64,000 nt of DNA from Eledone cirrhosa. Taxonomy: Eukaryota. Within the stretch, counting starts at the first letter, position 1. Each line of letters begins with the position of its first letter. Positions 51,201 through 63,299 of this stretch are shown here, piece by piece. The position numbers were made by a program, and so were the translations under genes. The notes under the pieces were generated by a model. It was not told the DNA's origin, did no database searches, and worked only from the letters and a program-made list of their open reading frames with translations. Location: NCBI GenBank assembly GCA_964016885.1, contig OZ024748.1, positions 38,936,001-39,000,000 of the forward strand, given 5' to 3'.

Positions 51201-54200
51201 GTGTGTGTTGTTGTGTGTGTGGCGGTTGTGTTGTTGTGTGTGTGGTGGTGTGTGTTGTTGTGTGTGTGGCGGTGTGTGTTGTTGTGTGTGTGTGGCGTTG
51301 TGTGTTGTTGTGTGTGTGGCGTTGTGTGTTGTTGTGTGTGTGGCGGTGTGGGTTGTTGTGTGTGTAGTGGTGTGGGTTGTTTTTTTGTGGCGTTGTGTGT
51401 TGTTGTGTGTGTGACGGTGTGTGTTGTTGTGTGTGTGGCGGTTGTGTTGTTGTGTGTGTGGTGGTGTGTGTTGTTGTGTGTGTGGCGGTGTGTGTTGTTG
51501 TGTGTGTGTGGCGTTGTGTGTTGTTGTGTGTGTGGCGTTGTGTGTTGTTGTGTGTGTGGCGGTGTGGGTTGTTGTGTGTGTAGCGGTGTGGGTTGCTGTG
51601 TGTGTGGCGGTGTGGGTTGTTGTGTGTGTGGCGTTGTGTGTTGTTGTGTGTGTGGCGGTGTGTGTTGTTGTGTTTGTGGCGTTGTGTGTTGTTGTGTGTG
51701 TGGCGGTATGGGTTGTTGTGTGTGTAGCGGTGTGGGTTGTTGTGTGTGTAATGGTGTGGGTTGTTGTGTGTATGGCGGTGTGGGTTGTTGTGTGTGTGGC
51801 GTTGTGTGTTGTTGTGTGTGTGGCGGTGTGTGTTGTTGTGTGTGTGGCGGTATGGGTTGTTGTGTGTGTGGCGTTGTGTGTTGTTGTGTGTGTGGCGTTG
51901 TGTGTTGTTGTGTGTGTGGCGGTGTGGATTGTTGTGTGTGTGGCGGTGTGGGTTGTTGTGTGTGTGGCGTTGTGGGTTGTTGTGTGTGTGGCGGTGTGTG
52001 TTGTTGTGTGTGTGGCGGTGTGGGTTGTTGTGTGTGTGGCGTTGTGGGTTGTTGTGTGTGTGGCGGTGTGGGTTGTTGTGTGTGTGGCGTTGTGTGTTGT
52101 TGTGTGTGTGTGGCGGTGTGTGTTGTTGTGTGTGTGGCGTTGTGTGTTGTTGTGTGTGTGGCGGTGTGGATTGTTGTGTGTGTAGCGGTGTGGGTTGTTG
52201 TGTGTGTGGCGTTGTGTGTTGTTGTGTGTGTGGCGGTGTAGGTTGTTGTGTGTGTGGCGTTGTGTGTTGTTGTGTGTGTGGCGGTGTGTGTTGTTGTGTG
52301 TGTGGCAGTTGTGTTGTTGTGTGTGTGGCGGTGTGTGTTGTTGTGTGTGTGGTGGTGTGTGTTTTTGTGTGTGTAGCGGTTGTGTTGTTGTGTGTGTGGT
52401 GGTGTGGGTTGTTGTGTGTAGCGTGTGTGTTGTTGTGTGTGTAGCGGTGTGGGTTGTTGTGTGTGTGGTGGTTGTGTTGTTGTGTGTGTGGTGGTGTGGG
52501 TTGTTGTGTGTGTGGTGTTGTGTGTTGTTGTGTGTGTGGCGTTGTGTGTTGTTGTGTGTGTGGCGTTGTGTGTTGTTGTGTGTGGCGGTGTGTGTTGTTG
52601 TGTGTGTGGCGGTGTGGGTTGTTGTGTGTGTGGTGGTGTGGGTTGTTGTGTGTGTGTGGCAGTGTGTGTTTTTGTGTGTGTGTGGCAGTGTGGGTTGTTG
52701 TGTGTTGTTGTGTGTGGGGCGTTGTGTGTTGTTGTGTGTGGCGTTGTGTGTTGTTGTGTGTGGCGGTGTGTGTTGTTGTGTGAGTGGTGGTGTGTGTTGT
52801 TGTTTGTGTGGCGTTGTGTGTTGTTGTGTGTGGCGGTGTGAGTTGTTGTGTGTGTGGTGGTGTGTGTGGTTGTGTGTGTGGCGGTGTGGGTTGTTGTGTG
52901 TGTGGCGGTGTGTGTTTTTGTGTGTGTGGCGGTGTGTGTTGTTGTGTGTGTGGCGTTATGGGTTGGTGTGTGTGTAGCGGTGTGGGTTGTTGTGTGTGTG
53001 GCGTTGTGTGTTGTTGTGTGTGTGGCGGTGTGGGTTGTTGTGTGTGTGGCGTTGTGTGTTGTTGTGTTTGTGGCGGTGTGGGTTGTTGTGTGTGTGGCGG
53101 TGTGGGTTGTTGTGTGTGTGGCGTTGTGTGTTGTTGTGTGTGTGGCGGTGTGGGTTGTTGTGTGTGTGGCGTTGTGTGTTGTTGTGTTTGTGGCGGTGTG
53201 GGTTGTTGTGTGTGTGGCGGTGTGGGTTGTTGTGTGTTGTTGTGTTTGTGGCGGTGTCGGTTGTTGTGTGTGTGGCGTTGTGGGTTGGTGTGTGTGTAGC
53301 GGTGTGGGTTGTTGTGTGTGTGGCGTTGTGTGTTGTTGTGTGTGTGGCGTTGTGGGTTGTTGTGAGTGTGGCGTTGTGTGTTGTTGTGTGTGTGGCGGTG
53401 TGGGTTGTTGTGTGTGTAGCGGTGTGGGTTGTTGTGTGTGTGGCGGTGTGGGTTGTTGTGTGTGTGTTGTTGTGTGTGTGGCGGTGTGTGTTGTTGTGTG
53501 TGTGGCGTTGTGTGTTGTTGTGTGTGTGGCGGTGTGGGTTGTTGTGTGTGTAGCGGTGTGGGTTGTTGTGTGTGTGGCGGTGTGGGTTGTTGTGTGTGTG
53601 GCGTTGTGTGTTGTTGTGTGTGTGTGGCGGTGTGTGTTGTTGTGTGTGTGGCGCTGTGTGTTGTGTGTGTGGCGGTGTGGGTTGTTGTGTGTGTAGCGGT
53701 GTGGGTTGTTGTGTGTGTGGCGTTGTGTGTTGTTGTGTGTGTGGCGGTGTGGGTTGTTGTGTGTGTGGCGTTGTGAGGTGTTGTGTGTGTGGCGGTGTGT
53801 GTTGTTGTGTGTGTGGCAGTTGTGTTGTTGTGTGTGTGGTGGTGTGTGCTGTTGTGTGTGTGGCGTTATGTGTTGTTGTGTGTGTGGCGGTGTGTGTTGT
53901 TGTGTGTGTGGCGTTGTATGTTGTTGTGTGTGTGGCGGTGTGGGTTGTTGTGTGTGTGGCGTTGTGTGTTGTTGTGTGTGTGGCGGTGTGTGTTGTGTGT
54001 GTGGCGGTGTGGGTTGTTGTGTGTGTGGCGGTGTGAGTTGTTGTGTGTGGCGGTGTGTGTTGTTGTGTGTGTTACGGTGTGGGTTGTTGTGTGTGGTGGT
54101 GTGTGTTGTTGTACGTGTGGCGGTGTGGGTTGTTGTGTGTGTGGCGGTGTGTGTTGTTGTGTGTGTGGCGGTGTGGGTTGTTGTGTGTGGCGTTGTGTGT

Positions 54201-57200
54201 TGTTGTGGGTGTGTGGCAGTGTGTGTTGATGTGTGTGTGGCGGTGTGTGTTGTTGTGTGTGTGGCGGTGTGTGTTGTTGTGTGTGTGGCGGTGTGGGTTG
54301 CTGTGTGTGGCGTTGTGTGTTGTTGTGTGTATGGCGTTGTGTGTTGTTGTGTGTGTGGCGGTGTGGGTTGTTGTGTGTGTAGCGGTGTGGGTTGTTGTGT
54401 GTGTAATGGTGTGGGTTGTTGTGTGTGGGGCGGTGGGGGTTGTTGTGTGTGTGGCGTTGTGTGTTGTTGTGTGTGTGGCGGTGTGTGTTGTTGTGTGTGT
54501 GGCGGTGTGGGTTGTTGTGTGTGTGGCGTTGTGTGTTGTTGTGTGTGTGGCGTTGTGTGTTGTTGTGTGTGTGGCGGTGTGGGTTGTTGTGTGTGTGGCG
54601 GTGTCTTTGTTGTGTGTGTGGCGTTGTGGGTTGTTGTGTGTGTGGCGGTGTGTGTTGTTGTGTGTGTGGCGGTGTGGGTTGTTGTGTGTGTGGCGTTGTG
54701 GGTTGTTGTGTGTGTGGCGTTGTGGGTTGTTGTGTGTGTGGCGGTGTGTGTTGTTGTGTGTGTGGCGGTGTGGGCTGTTGTGTGTGTGGCGGTGTTAGTT
54801 GTTGTGTGTGTGGTTGTGTGGGTTGTTGTGTGTGTGGCGGTGTGTGTTGTTGTGTGTGTGGCGGTGTGTGTTGTTGTGTGTGTGGCGGTGTGTGTTGTTG
54901 TGTGTGTAGCGGTGTGGGTTGTTGTGTGTGTGGCGGTGTGTGTTGTTGTGTGTGGCGGTGTGAGTTGTTGTGTGTGTGGCGGTGTGTGTTGTTGTGAGTG
55001 TGGCGGTGTGGGTTGTTGTGTGTCTGGCGGTGTGTGTTGTTGTGTGTGTGGCGGTGTGTGTTGTTGCGTGTGGCGGTGTGTGTTGTCGTGTGTGTGGCGG
55101 TGTGTGTTGTTGTGTGTGTGGCGGTGTGTGTTGTTGTGTGTGTGGTGGTGTGTGTTGTTGTGTGTGTGGCGGTGTGTGTTGTTGTGTGTGTGGTGGTGTG
55201 TGTTGTTGTGTGTGTGGCGGTGTGTGTTGTTGTGTGTGTGGTGGTGTGTGTTGTTGTGTGTGTGGCGGTGTGTGTTGTTGTGTGTGTGGCGGTTGTGTTG
55301 TTGTGTATGTGGTGGTGTGTGTTGTTGTGTGTGTGGCGGTGTGTGTCGTTGTGTGTGGGACGGTGTGGGTTGTTGTGTGTGTAGCGGTGTGGGTTGTTGT
55401 GTGTGTGGCGTTGTGTGTTGTTGTGTGTGTGGCGGTGTGTGTTGTTGTGTGTGTGGCGGTTGTGTTGTGTGTGTGGTGGTGTGTGTTGTTGTGTGTGTGG
55501 CGGTGTGTGTTGTTGTGTGTGTGTGGCGTTGTGTGTTGTTGTGTGTGTGGCGTTGTGTGTTGTTGTGTGTGTGGCGGTGTGGGTTGTTGTGTGTGTAGCG
55601 GTGTGGGTTGTTTTTTTGTGGCGTTGTGTGTTGTTGTGTGTGTGACGGTGTGTGTTGTTGTGTGTGTGGCGGTTGTGTTGTTGTGTGTGTGGTGGTGTGT
55701 GTTGTTGTGTGTGTGGCGGTGTGTGTTGTTGTGTGTGTGTGGCGTTGTGTGTTGTTGTGTGTGTGGCGGTGTGTGTCGTTGTGTGTGGGACGGTGTGGGT
55801 TGTTGTGTGTGTAGCGGTGTGGGTTGTTGTGTGTGTGGCGTTGTGTGTTGTTGTGTGTGTGGCGGTGTGTGTTGTTGTGTGTGTGGCGGTTGTGTTGTTG
55901 TGTGTGTGGTGGTGTGTGTTGTTGTGTGTGTGGCGGTGTGTGTTGTTGTGTGTGTGTGGCGTTGTGTGTTGTTGTGTGTGTGGCGTTGTGTGTTGTTGTG
56001 TGTGTGGCGGTGTGGGTTGTTGTGTGTGTAGTGGTGTGGGTTGTTTTTTTGTGGCGTTGTGTGTTGTTGTGTGTGTGACGGTGTGTGTTGTTGTGTGTGT
56101 GGCGGTTGTGTTGTTGTGTGTGTGGTGGTGTGTGTTGTTGTGTGTGTGGCGGTGTGTGTTGTTGTGTGTGTGTGGCGTTGTGTGTTGTTGTGTGTGTGGC
56201 GTTGTGTGTTGTTGTGTGTGTGGCGGTGTGGGTTGTTGTGTGTGTAGCGGTGTGGGTTGCTGTGTGTGTGGCGGTGTGGGTTGTTGTGTGTGTGGCGTTG
56301 TGTGTTGTTGTGTGTGTGGCGGTGTGTGTTGTTGTGTTTGTGGCGTTGTGTGTTGTTGTGTGTGTGGCGGTATGGGTTGTTGTGTGTGTAGCGGTGTGGG
56401 TTGTTGTGTGTGTAATGGTGTGGGTTGTTGTGTGTATGGCGGTGTGGGTTGTTGTGTGTGTGGCGTTGTGTGTTGTTGTGTGTGTGGCGGTGTGTGTTGT
56501 TGTGTGTGTGGCGGTATGGGTTGTTGTGTGTGTGGCGTTGTGTGTTGTTGTGTGTGTGGCGTTGTGTGTTGTTGTGTGTGTGGCGGTGTGGATTGTTGTG
56601 TGTGTGGCGGTGTGGGTTGTTGTGTGTGTGGCGTTGTGGGTTGTTGTGTGTGTGGCGGTGTGTGTTGTTGTGTGTGTGGCGGTGTGGGTTGTTGTGTGTG
56701 TGGCGTTGTGGGTTGTTGTGTGTGTGGCGGTGTGGGTTGTTGTGTGTGTGGCGTTGTGTGTTGTTGTGTGTGTGTGGCGGTGTGTGTTGTTGTGTGTGTG
56801 GCGTTGTGTGTTGTTGTGTGTGTGGCGGTGTGGATTGTTGTGTGTGTAGCGGTGTGGGTTGTTGTGTGTGTGGCGTTGTGTGTTGTTGTGTGTGTGGCGG
56901 TGTAGGTTGTTGTGTGTGTGGCGTTGTGTGTTGTTGTGTGTGTGGCGGTGTGTGTTGTTGTGTGTGTGGCAGTTGTGTTGTTGTGTGTGTGGCGGTGTGT
57001 GTTGTTGTGTGTGTGGTGGTGTGTGTTTTTGTGTGTGTAGCGGTTGTGTTGTTGTGTGTGTGGTGGTGTGGGTTGTTGTGTGTAGCGTGTGTGTTGTTGT
57101 GTGTGTAGCGGTGTGGGTTGTTGTGTGTGTGGTGGTTGTGTTGTTGTGTGTGTGGTGGTGTGGGTTGTTGTGTGTGTGGTGTTGTGTGTTGTTGTGTGTG

Positions 57201-60200
57201 TGGCGTTGTGTGTTGTTGTGTGTGTGGCGTTGTGTGTTGTTGTGTGTGGCGGTGTGTGTTGTTGTGTGTGTGGCGGTGTGGGTTGTTGTGTGTGTGGTGG
57301 TGTGGGTTGTTGTGTGTGTGTGGCAGTGTGTGTTTTTGTGTGTGTGTGGCAGTGTGGGTTGTTGTGTGTTGTTGTGTGTGGGGCGTTGTGTGTTGTTGTG
57401 TGTGGCGTTGTGTGTTGTTGTGTGTGGCGGTGTGTGTTGTTGTGTGAGTGGTGGTGTGTGTTGTTGTTTGTGTGGCGTTGTGTGTTGTTGTGTGTGGCGG
57501 TGTGAGTTGTTGTGTGTGTGGTGGTGTGTGTGGTTGTGTGTGTGGCGGTGTGGGTTGTTGTGTGTGTGGCGGTGTGTGTTTTTGTGTGTGTGGCGGTGTG
57601 TGTTGTTGTGTGTGTGGCGTTATGGGTTGGTGTGTGTGTAGCGGTGTGGGTTGTTGTGTGTGTGGCGTTGTGTGTTGTTGTGTGTGTGGCGGTGTGGGTT
57701 GTTGTGTGTGTGGCGTTGTGTGTTGTTGTGTTTGTGGCGGTGTGGGTTGTTGTGTGTGTGGCGGTGTGGGTTGTTGTGTGTGTGGCGTTGTGTGTTGTTG
57801 TGTGTGTGGCGGTGTGGGTTGTTGTGTGTGTGGCGTTGTGTGTTGTTGTGTTTGTGGCGGTGTGGGTTGTTGTGTGTGTGGCGGTGTGGGTTGTTGTGTG
57901 TTGTTGTGTTTGTGGCGGTGTCGGTTGTTGTGTGTGTGGCGTTGTGGGTTGGTGTGTGTGTAGCGGTGTGGGTTGTTGTGTGTGTGGCGTTGTGTGTTGT
58001 TGTGTGTGTGGCGGTGTGGGTTGTTGTGAGTGTGGCGTTGTGTGTTGTTGTGTGTGTGGCGGTGTGGGTTGTTGTGTGTGTAGCGGTGTGGGTTGTTGTG
58101 TGTGTGGCGGTGTGGGTTGTTGTGTGTGTGTTGTTGTGTGTGTGGCGGTGTGTGTTGTTGTGTGTGTGGCGTTGTGTGTTGTTGTGTGTGTGGCGGTGTG
58201 GGTTGTTGTGTGTGTAGCGGTGTGGGTTGTTGTGTGTGTGGCGGTGTGGGTTGTTGTGTGTGTGGCGTTGTGTGTTGTTGTGTGTGTGTGGCGGTGTGTG
58301 TTGTTGTGTGTGTGGCGCTGTGTGTTGTGTGTGTGGCGGTGTGGGTTGTTGTGTGTGTAGCGGTGTGGGTTGTTGTGTGTGTGGCGTTGTGTGTTGTTGT
58401 GTGTGTGGCGGTGTGGGTTGTTGTGTGTGTGGCGTTGTGTGTTGTTGTGTGTGTGGCGGTGTGTGTTGTTGTGTGTGTGGCAGTTGTGTTGTTGTGTGTG
58501 TGGTGGTGTGTGCTGTTGTGTGTGTGGCGTTATGTGTTGTTGTGTGTGTGGCGGTGTGTGTTGTTGTGTGTGTGGCGTTGTGTGTTGTTGTGTGTGTGGT
58601 GTTGTGTGTTGTTGTGTGTGTGGCGGTGTGGGTTGTTGTGTGTTTAGCGGTGTGGGTTGTTGTGTGTGTGGCGGTGTGGGTTGTTGTGTGTGTGGCGTTG
58701 TTGTTGTTGTGTGTGTGGCGGTGTGGGTTGTTGTGTGTGTGGCGTTGTGTGTTATTGTGTGTGTGGCGGTGTGTGTTGTTGTGTGTGTGGCGGTTGTGTT
58801 GTTGTGTGTGTGTGGCGTTGTGTGTCGTTGTGTGTGTGGCGTTGTGTGTTGTTGTGTGTGTGGCGGTGTGGGTTGTTGTGTGTGTGGCGTTGTGTGTTGT
58901 TGTGTGTGTGGCGGTGTGTGTTGTTGTGTGTGTGGCGGTGTGGGTTGTTGTGTGTGTGGTGGTGTGGGTTGTTGTGTGTGTGTGGCAGTGTGTGTTGTTG
59001 TGTGTGTGTGGCAGTGTGGGTTGTTGTGTGTTGTTGTGTGTGTGGCGTTGTGTGTTTTTGTGTGTGTGGCGTTGTGTGTTGTTGTGTGTGGCGGTGTGTG
59101 TTGTTGTGTGTGTGGTGGTGTGTGTTGTTGTGTCTGTGGCGTTGTGTGTTGTTGTGTGTGGCGGTGTGAGTTGTTGTGTGTGTGGTGGTGTGTGTTGTTG
59201 TGTGTGTGGCGGTGTGGGTTGTTGTGTGTGTGGCGGTGTGTGTTTTTGTGTGTGTGGCGGTGTGTGTTGTTGTGTGTGTGGCGTTGTGGGTTGTTGTGTG
59301 TGTAGCGGTGTGGGTTGTTGTGTGTGTGGCGTTGTGTGTTGTTGTGTGTGTGGCGGTGTGGGTTGTTGTGTGTGTGGCGTTGTGTGTTGTTGTGTTTGTG
59401 GCGGTGTGTGTTGTTGTGTGTGTGGCGGTGTGGGTTGTTGTGTGTGTGGCGTTGTGTGTTGTTGTGTGTGTGGCGGTGTGGGTTGTTGTGTGTGTGGCGT
59501 TGTGTGTTGTTGTGTTTGTGGCGGTGTGGGTTGTTGTGTGTGTGGCGGTGTGGGTTGTTGTGAGTGTGGCGTTGTGTGTTGTTGTGTTTGTGGCGGTGTG
59601 GGTTGTTGTGTGTGTGGCGTTGTGGGTTGTTGTGAGTGTGGCGGTGTGGGTTGTTGTGTGTGTAGCGGTGTGGGTTGTTGTGTGTGTGGCGGTGTGGGTT
59701 GTTGTGTGTGTGGCGGTGTGTGTTGTTGTGTGTGTGGCGGTGTGGGTTGTTGTGTGTGTGGCGTTGTGTGTTGTTGTGTGTGTGGCGGTGTGGGTTGTTG
59801 TGTGTGTAGCGGTGTGGGTTGTTGTGTGTGTGGCGGTGTGGGTTGTTGTGTGTGTGGCGTTGTGTGTTGTTGCGTGTGTGTGGCGGTGTGTGTTGTTGTG
59901 TGTGTGGCGTTGTGTGTTGTTGTGTGTGTGGCGGTGTGGATTGTTGTGTGTGTAGCGGTGTGGGTTGTTGTGTGTGTGGCGTTGTGTGTTGTTGTGTGTG
60001 TGGCGGTGTGGGTTGTTGTGTGTGTGGTGGTGTGGGTTGTTGTGTGTGTGGCGGTGTGGGTTGTTGTGTGTGTGGCGTTGTGTGTTGTTGTGTGTGTGGC
60101 GGTGTGTGTTGTTGTGTTTGTGGCGTTGTGTGTTGTTGTGTGTGTGGCGGTGTGGGTTGTTGTGTGTGTAGCGGTGTGGGTTGTTGTGTGTGTAGCGGTG

Positions 60201-61530
60201 TGGGTTGTTGTGTGTGTGGCGGTGTGGGTTGTTGTGTGTGTAGCGGTGTGGGTTGTTGTGTGTGTAGCGGTGTGGGTTGTTGTGTGTGTGGCGGTGTGGG
60301 TTGTTGTGTGTGTGGCGTGGTGTGTTGTTGTGTGTGTGGCGTTGTATGTTGTTGTGTGTGTGGCGGTGTGGGTTGTTGTGTGTGTGGCGGTGTGGGTTGT
60401 TGTGTGTGTGGCGTTGTGTGTTGTTGTGTGTGTGGCGGTGTGTGTTGTTGTGTTTGTGGCGTTGTGTGTTGTTGTGTGTGTGGCGGTGTGGGTTGTTGTG
60501 TGTGTAGCGGTGTGGGTTGTTGTGTGTGTAGCGGTGTGGGTTGTTGTGTGTGTGGCGGTGTGGGTTGTTGTGTGTGTAGCGGTGTGGGTTGTTGTGTGTG
60601 TAGCGGTGTGGGTTGTTGTGTGTGTGGCGGTGTGGGTTGTTGTGTGTGTGGCGTGGTGTGTTGTTGTGTGTGTGGCGTTGTATGTTGTTGTGTGTGTGGC
60701 GGTGTGGGTTGTTGTGTGTGTGGCGTTGTGTGTTGTTGTGTGTGTGGCTGTGTGTGTTGTGTGTGTGGCGGTGTGGGTTGTTGTGTGTGTGGCGCTGTGA
60801 GTTGTTGTGTGTGGCGGTGTGTGTTGTTGTGTGTGTGACGGTGTGGGTTGTTGTGTGTGGTGGTGTGTGTTGTTGTACGTGTGGCGGTGTGGGTTGTTGT
60901 GTGTGTGGCGGTGTGTGTTGTTGTGTGTGTGGCGGTGTGGGTTGTTGTGTGTGGCGTTGTGTGTTGTTGTGTGTGTGTGGCAGTGTGTGTTGTTGTGTGT
61001 GTGGCGGTGTGTGTTGTTGTGTGTGTGGCGGTGTGTGTTGTTGTGTGTGTGGCGGTGTGGGTTGCTGTGTGTGGCGTTGTGTGTTGTTGTGTGTGTGTGG
61101 CGTTGTGTGTTGTTGTGTGTGTGTGGCAGTGTGTGTTGTTGTGTGTGTGGCGGTGTGTGTTGTTGTGTGTGTGGCAGTGTGTGTTGTTGTGTGTGTGGCG
61201 GTGTGTGTTGTAGTGTGTGTGGCGGTGTGTGTTGTTGTGTGTGTGGCGGTGTGGGTTGTTGTGTGTTGTGTGTTGTTGTGTGTGTGTGGCGGTGTGTGTT
61301 GTTGTGTGTGTGGCGGTGTGTGTTGTTGTGTGTGGCGGTGTGGGTTGTTGTGTGTGGCGTTGTGTGTTGTTGTGTGTGTGGCGGTGTGTGTTGTTTTGTG
61401 TGTGGTGGTGTGGGTTGTTGTGTGTGTGGCGTTGTGAGTTGTTGTGTGTGTGTGGCGGTTGTGTTGTGTGTTTAGCGGTGTGTTGTTGTGTGTGGTGGTG
61501 AGTGATGGTGTGGGTTGTTGTGTGTGTGGA
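33266..61530. repeat. GT-rich satellite, 24-bp unit TGGCG(G/T)TGTG(G/T)GTTGTTGTGTGTG, ~28 kb, with higher-order duplications
   Basis: Continuous array; diagnostic variants recur at fixed offsets. Confidence 0.97.
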
Positions 61531-61579
61531 GTTGTGTGTGAAAGTGTGTGTGTCTTGATTTGTGTAGCGGTGTGTGTAT

Positions 61580-61818
61580 CTTGATGTGTGTGGAGATGTG
61601 TGTGGAGATGTGTGCGGAGATGTGTGTGGAGATGTGTGTTGAGATGTGTGTGGATATGTGTGTGTTGATGCGATTATGTATGTGGAGAGAGAGAAAGGAA
61701 TCGGCCCAAGTACATGATGTTGATGATGGTGATGATGGTGATGATGGTGATAATGGTGATGATGGTGATGATGGTGATGATGGTGATGATGGTGATGATG
61801 ATGGTGGAGGTGATGATA
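61580..61818. repeat. 12-bp (GATGTGTGTGGA)n and (GATGGTGAT)n arrays
   Basis: Directly visible. Confidence 0.9.
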
Positions 61819-61883
61819 AGGAGTGTGGTATTTGGATGTCATAACAAATGTTAGAATGATAATAGGATTTAATATCAAGGGAT

Positions 61884-63112
61884 GTGATTGTTGTGTTTGT
61901 TGTGGTGGTTGTGGTTGTTGTTTTGGTGGTTGTTGTGGTTGTTGTGGTGGTTGTGGTGGTTGTGGTTGTTGTTGTTGTTGATGTTGTTGTTGTGGTGGTG
62001 GTTGTGATTGTTGTTGTTGTTGCTGTTGTTGTGGTGGTGGTGGTTGTGGTGTTGTTGTGGTTGTGGTTGTGGTGGTGGTTGTTGTTCTTGTTGTGGTGGT
62101 TGTGGTTGTTGTTTTTGTTGTGGTTGTTGTAGTTGTTGTTGTTGTGGTTGTGGTGGTTGTGGTTGCTGTTGTGGTTGTGGTTGTGGTGGTGGTTGTGGTG
62201 GTGGTTGTTGTGGTGGTTGTTGTGGTTGTTGTGGTGGTTGTTGTGGTTGTGGTTGTTGTTGTGGTTGTGGTTGTGGTTGTGGTTGTGGTTGTTGTGGTGG
62301 TTGTTGTTGTGGTTGTGGTTGTTGTGGTGGTTGTGGTGGTTGTGGTTGTTGTTGTTGTGGTGGTTGTTGTGGTGGTTGTTTTGGTTGTGGTTGTTGTTGT
62401 GGTTGTGGTTGTGGTTGTGGTTGTTGTGGTGGTTGTTGTTGTGGTTTTGGTTGTTGTTGTGGTGGTTGTGGTTGTTGTTGTGGTTGTTGTTGTTGTTGTG
62501 GTTATTGTGGTTGTGGTTGTGGTTGTTGTGGTTGTGGTTGTGGTTGTTGTTGTGGTTGTTGTTGTGGTTGTTGTTGTGGTTGTGGTTGTGGTTGTTGTTG
62601 TGGTTGTGGTTGTGGTTTTGTTGTGGTTGTGGTTGTGGTTTTGTTGTGGTTGTGGTTGTGGTTGTGGTTGTGGTTATGGTTGTTGTTGTGGCTGTTGTTG
62701 TGGTTGTTGTTGTGGTTGCTGTTGTGGTTGTTGTTGCGGTTGTGGTTGTTATTGTGGTGGTTGTGGTTGTTGTTGTGGTTGCTGTTGTTGTTGTTGTTGT
62801 GATAGTTGTTGTTGTGGTTGTGGTTGCGGTTGTTGTTGTTGTGGTTGTTGTTGTAGTGGTTGTGGTTGTTGTTGTGGTTGTGGTGGTGGCTATGGTTGTT
62901 GTGGTTGTGGTTGTTGTGGTTGTGGTTGTTGTTGTTGTTGTTGTTGTTGTTGTGGTTGTTGTGGTTGTGGTTGTGGTTGTTGTTGTGGTTGTGGTTGTTG
63001 TGGTTGTTGTTGTGGTTGTGGTTGTGGTTGTGGTTGTGGTTGTTGTGGTTGTTGTTGTGGTTGTGGTTGTGGTTTTTCTTGTTGTTGTGGTTGTGGTTGT
63101 TATGGTTGTTGT
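61884..63112. repeat. mixed (GTT/GTG)n trinucleotide array, ~1.2 kb
   Basis: Directly visible. Confidence 0.95.
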
Positions 63113-63228
63113 GGCAGCATGGCTTAGAGACATGTATATATATATATATATACATGTGTGTGTGTGTGTGTGTATTGCATAAACATATTTCCGTTTTTGC
63201 GTGTGCATATGTACATTGTCTCTTTTTT

Positions 63229-63293
<65 letters not shown>

Positions 63294-63299
<6 letters not shown>

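Noticed and set aside
31326-61530. True telomeric repeat
   Set aside because: No TTAGGG array, and complex sequence continues on both sides
31977-61878. Giant ORFs (1196, 1775, 2670 aa; Thr/His/Gln/Pro-rich on minus, Cys/Val/Gly-rich on plus)
   Set aside because: Stop-free only because of satellite composition; the reading pattern drifts across all three frames; no domain or unique sequence
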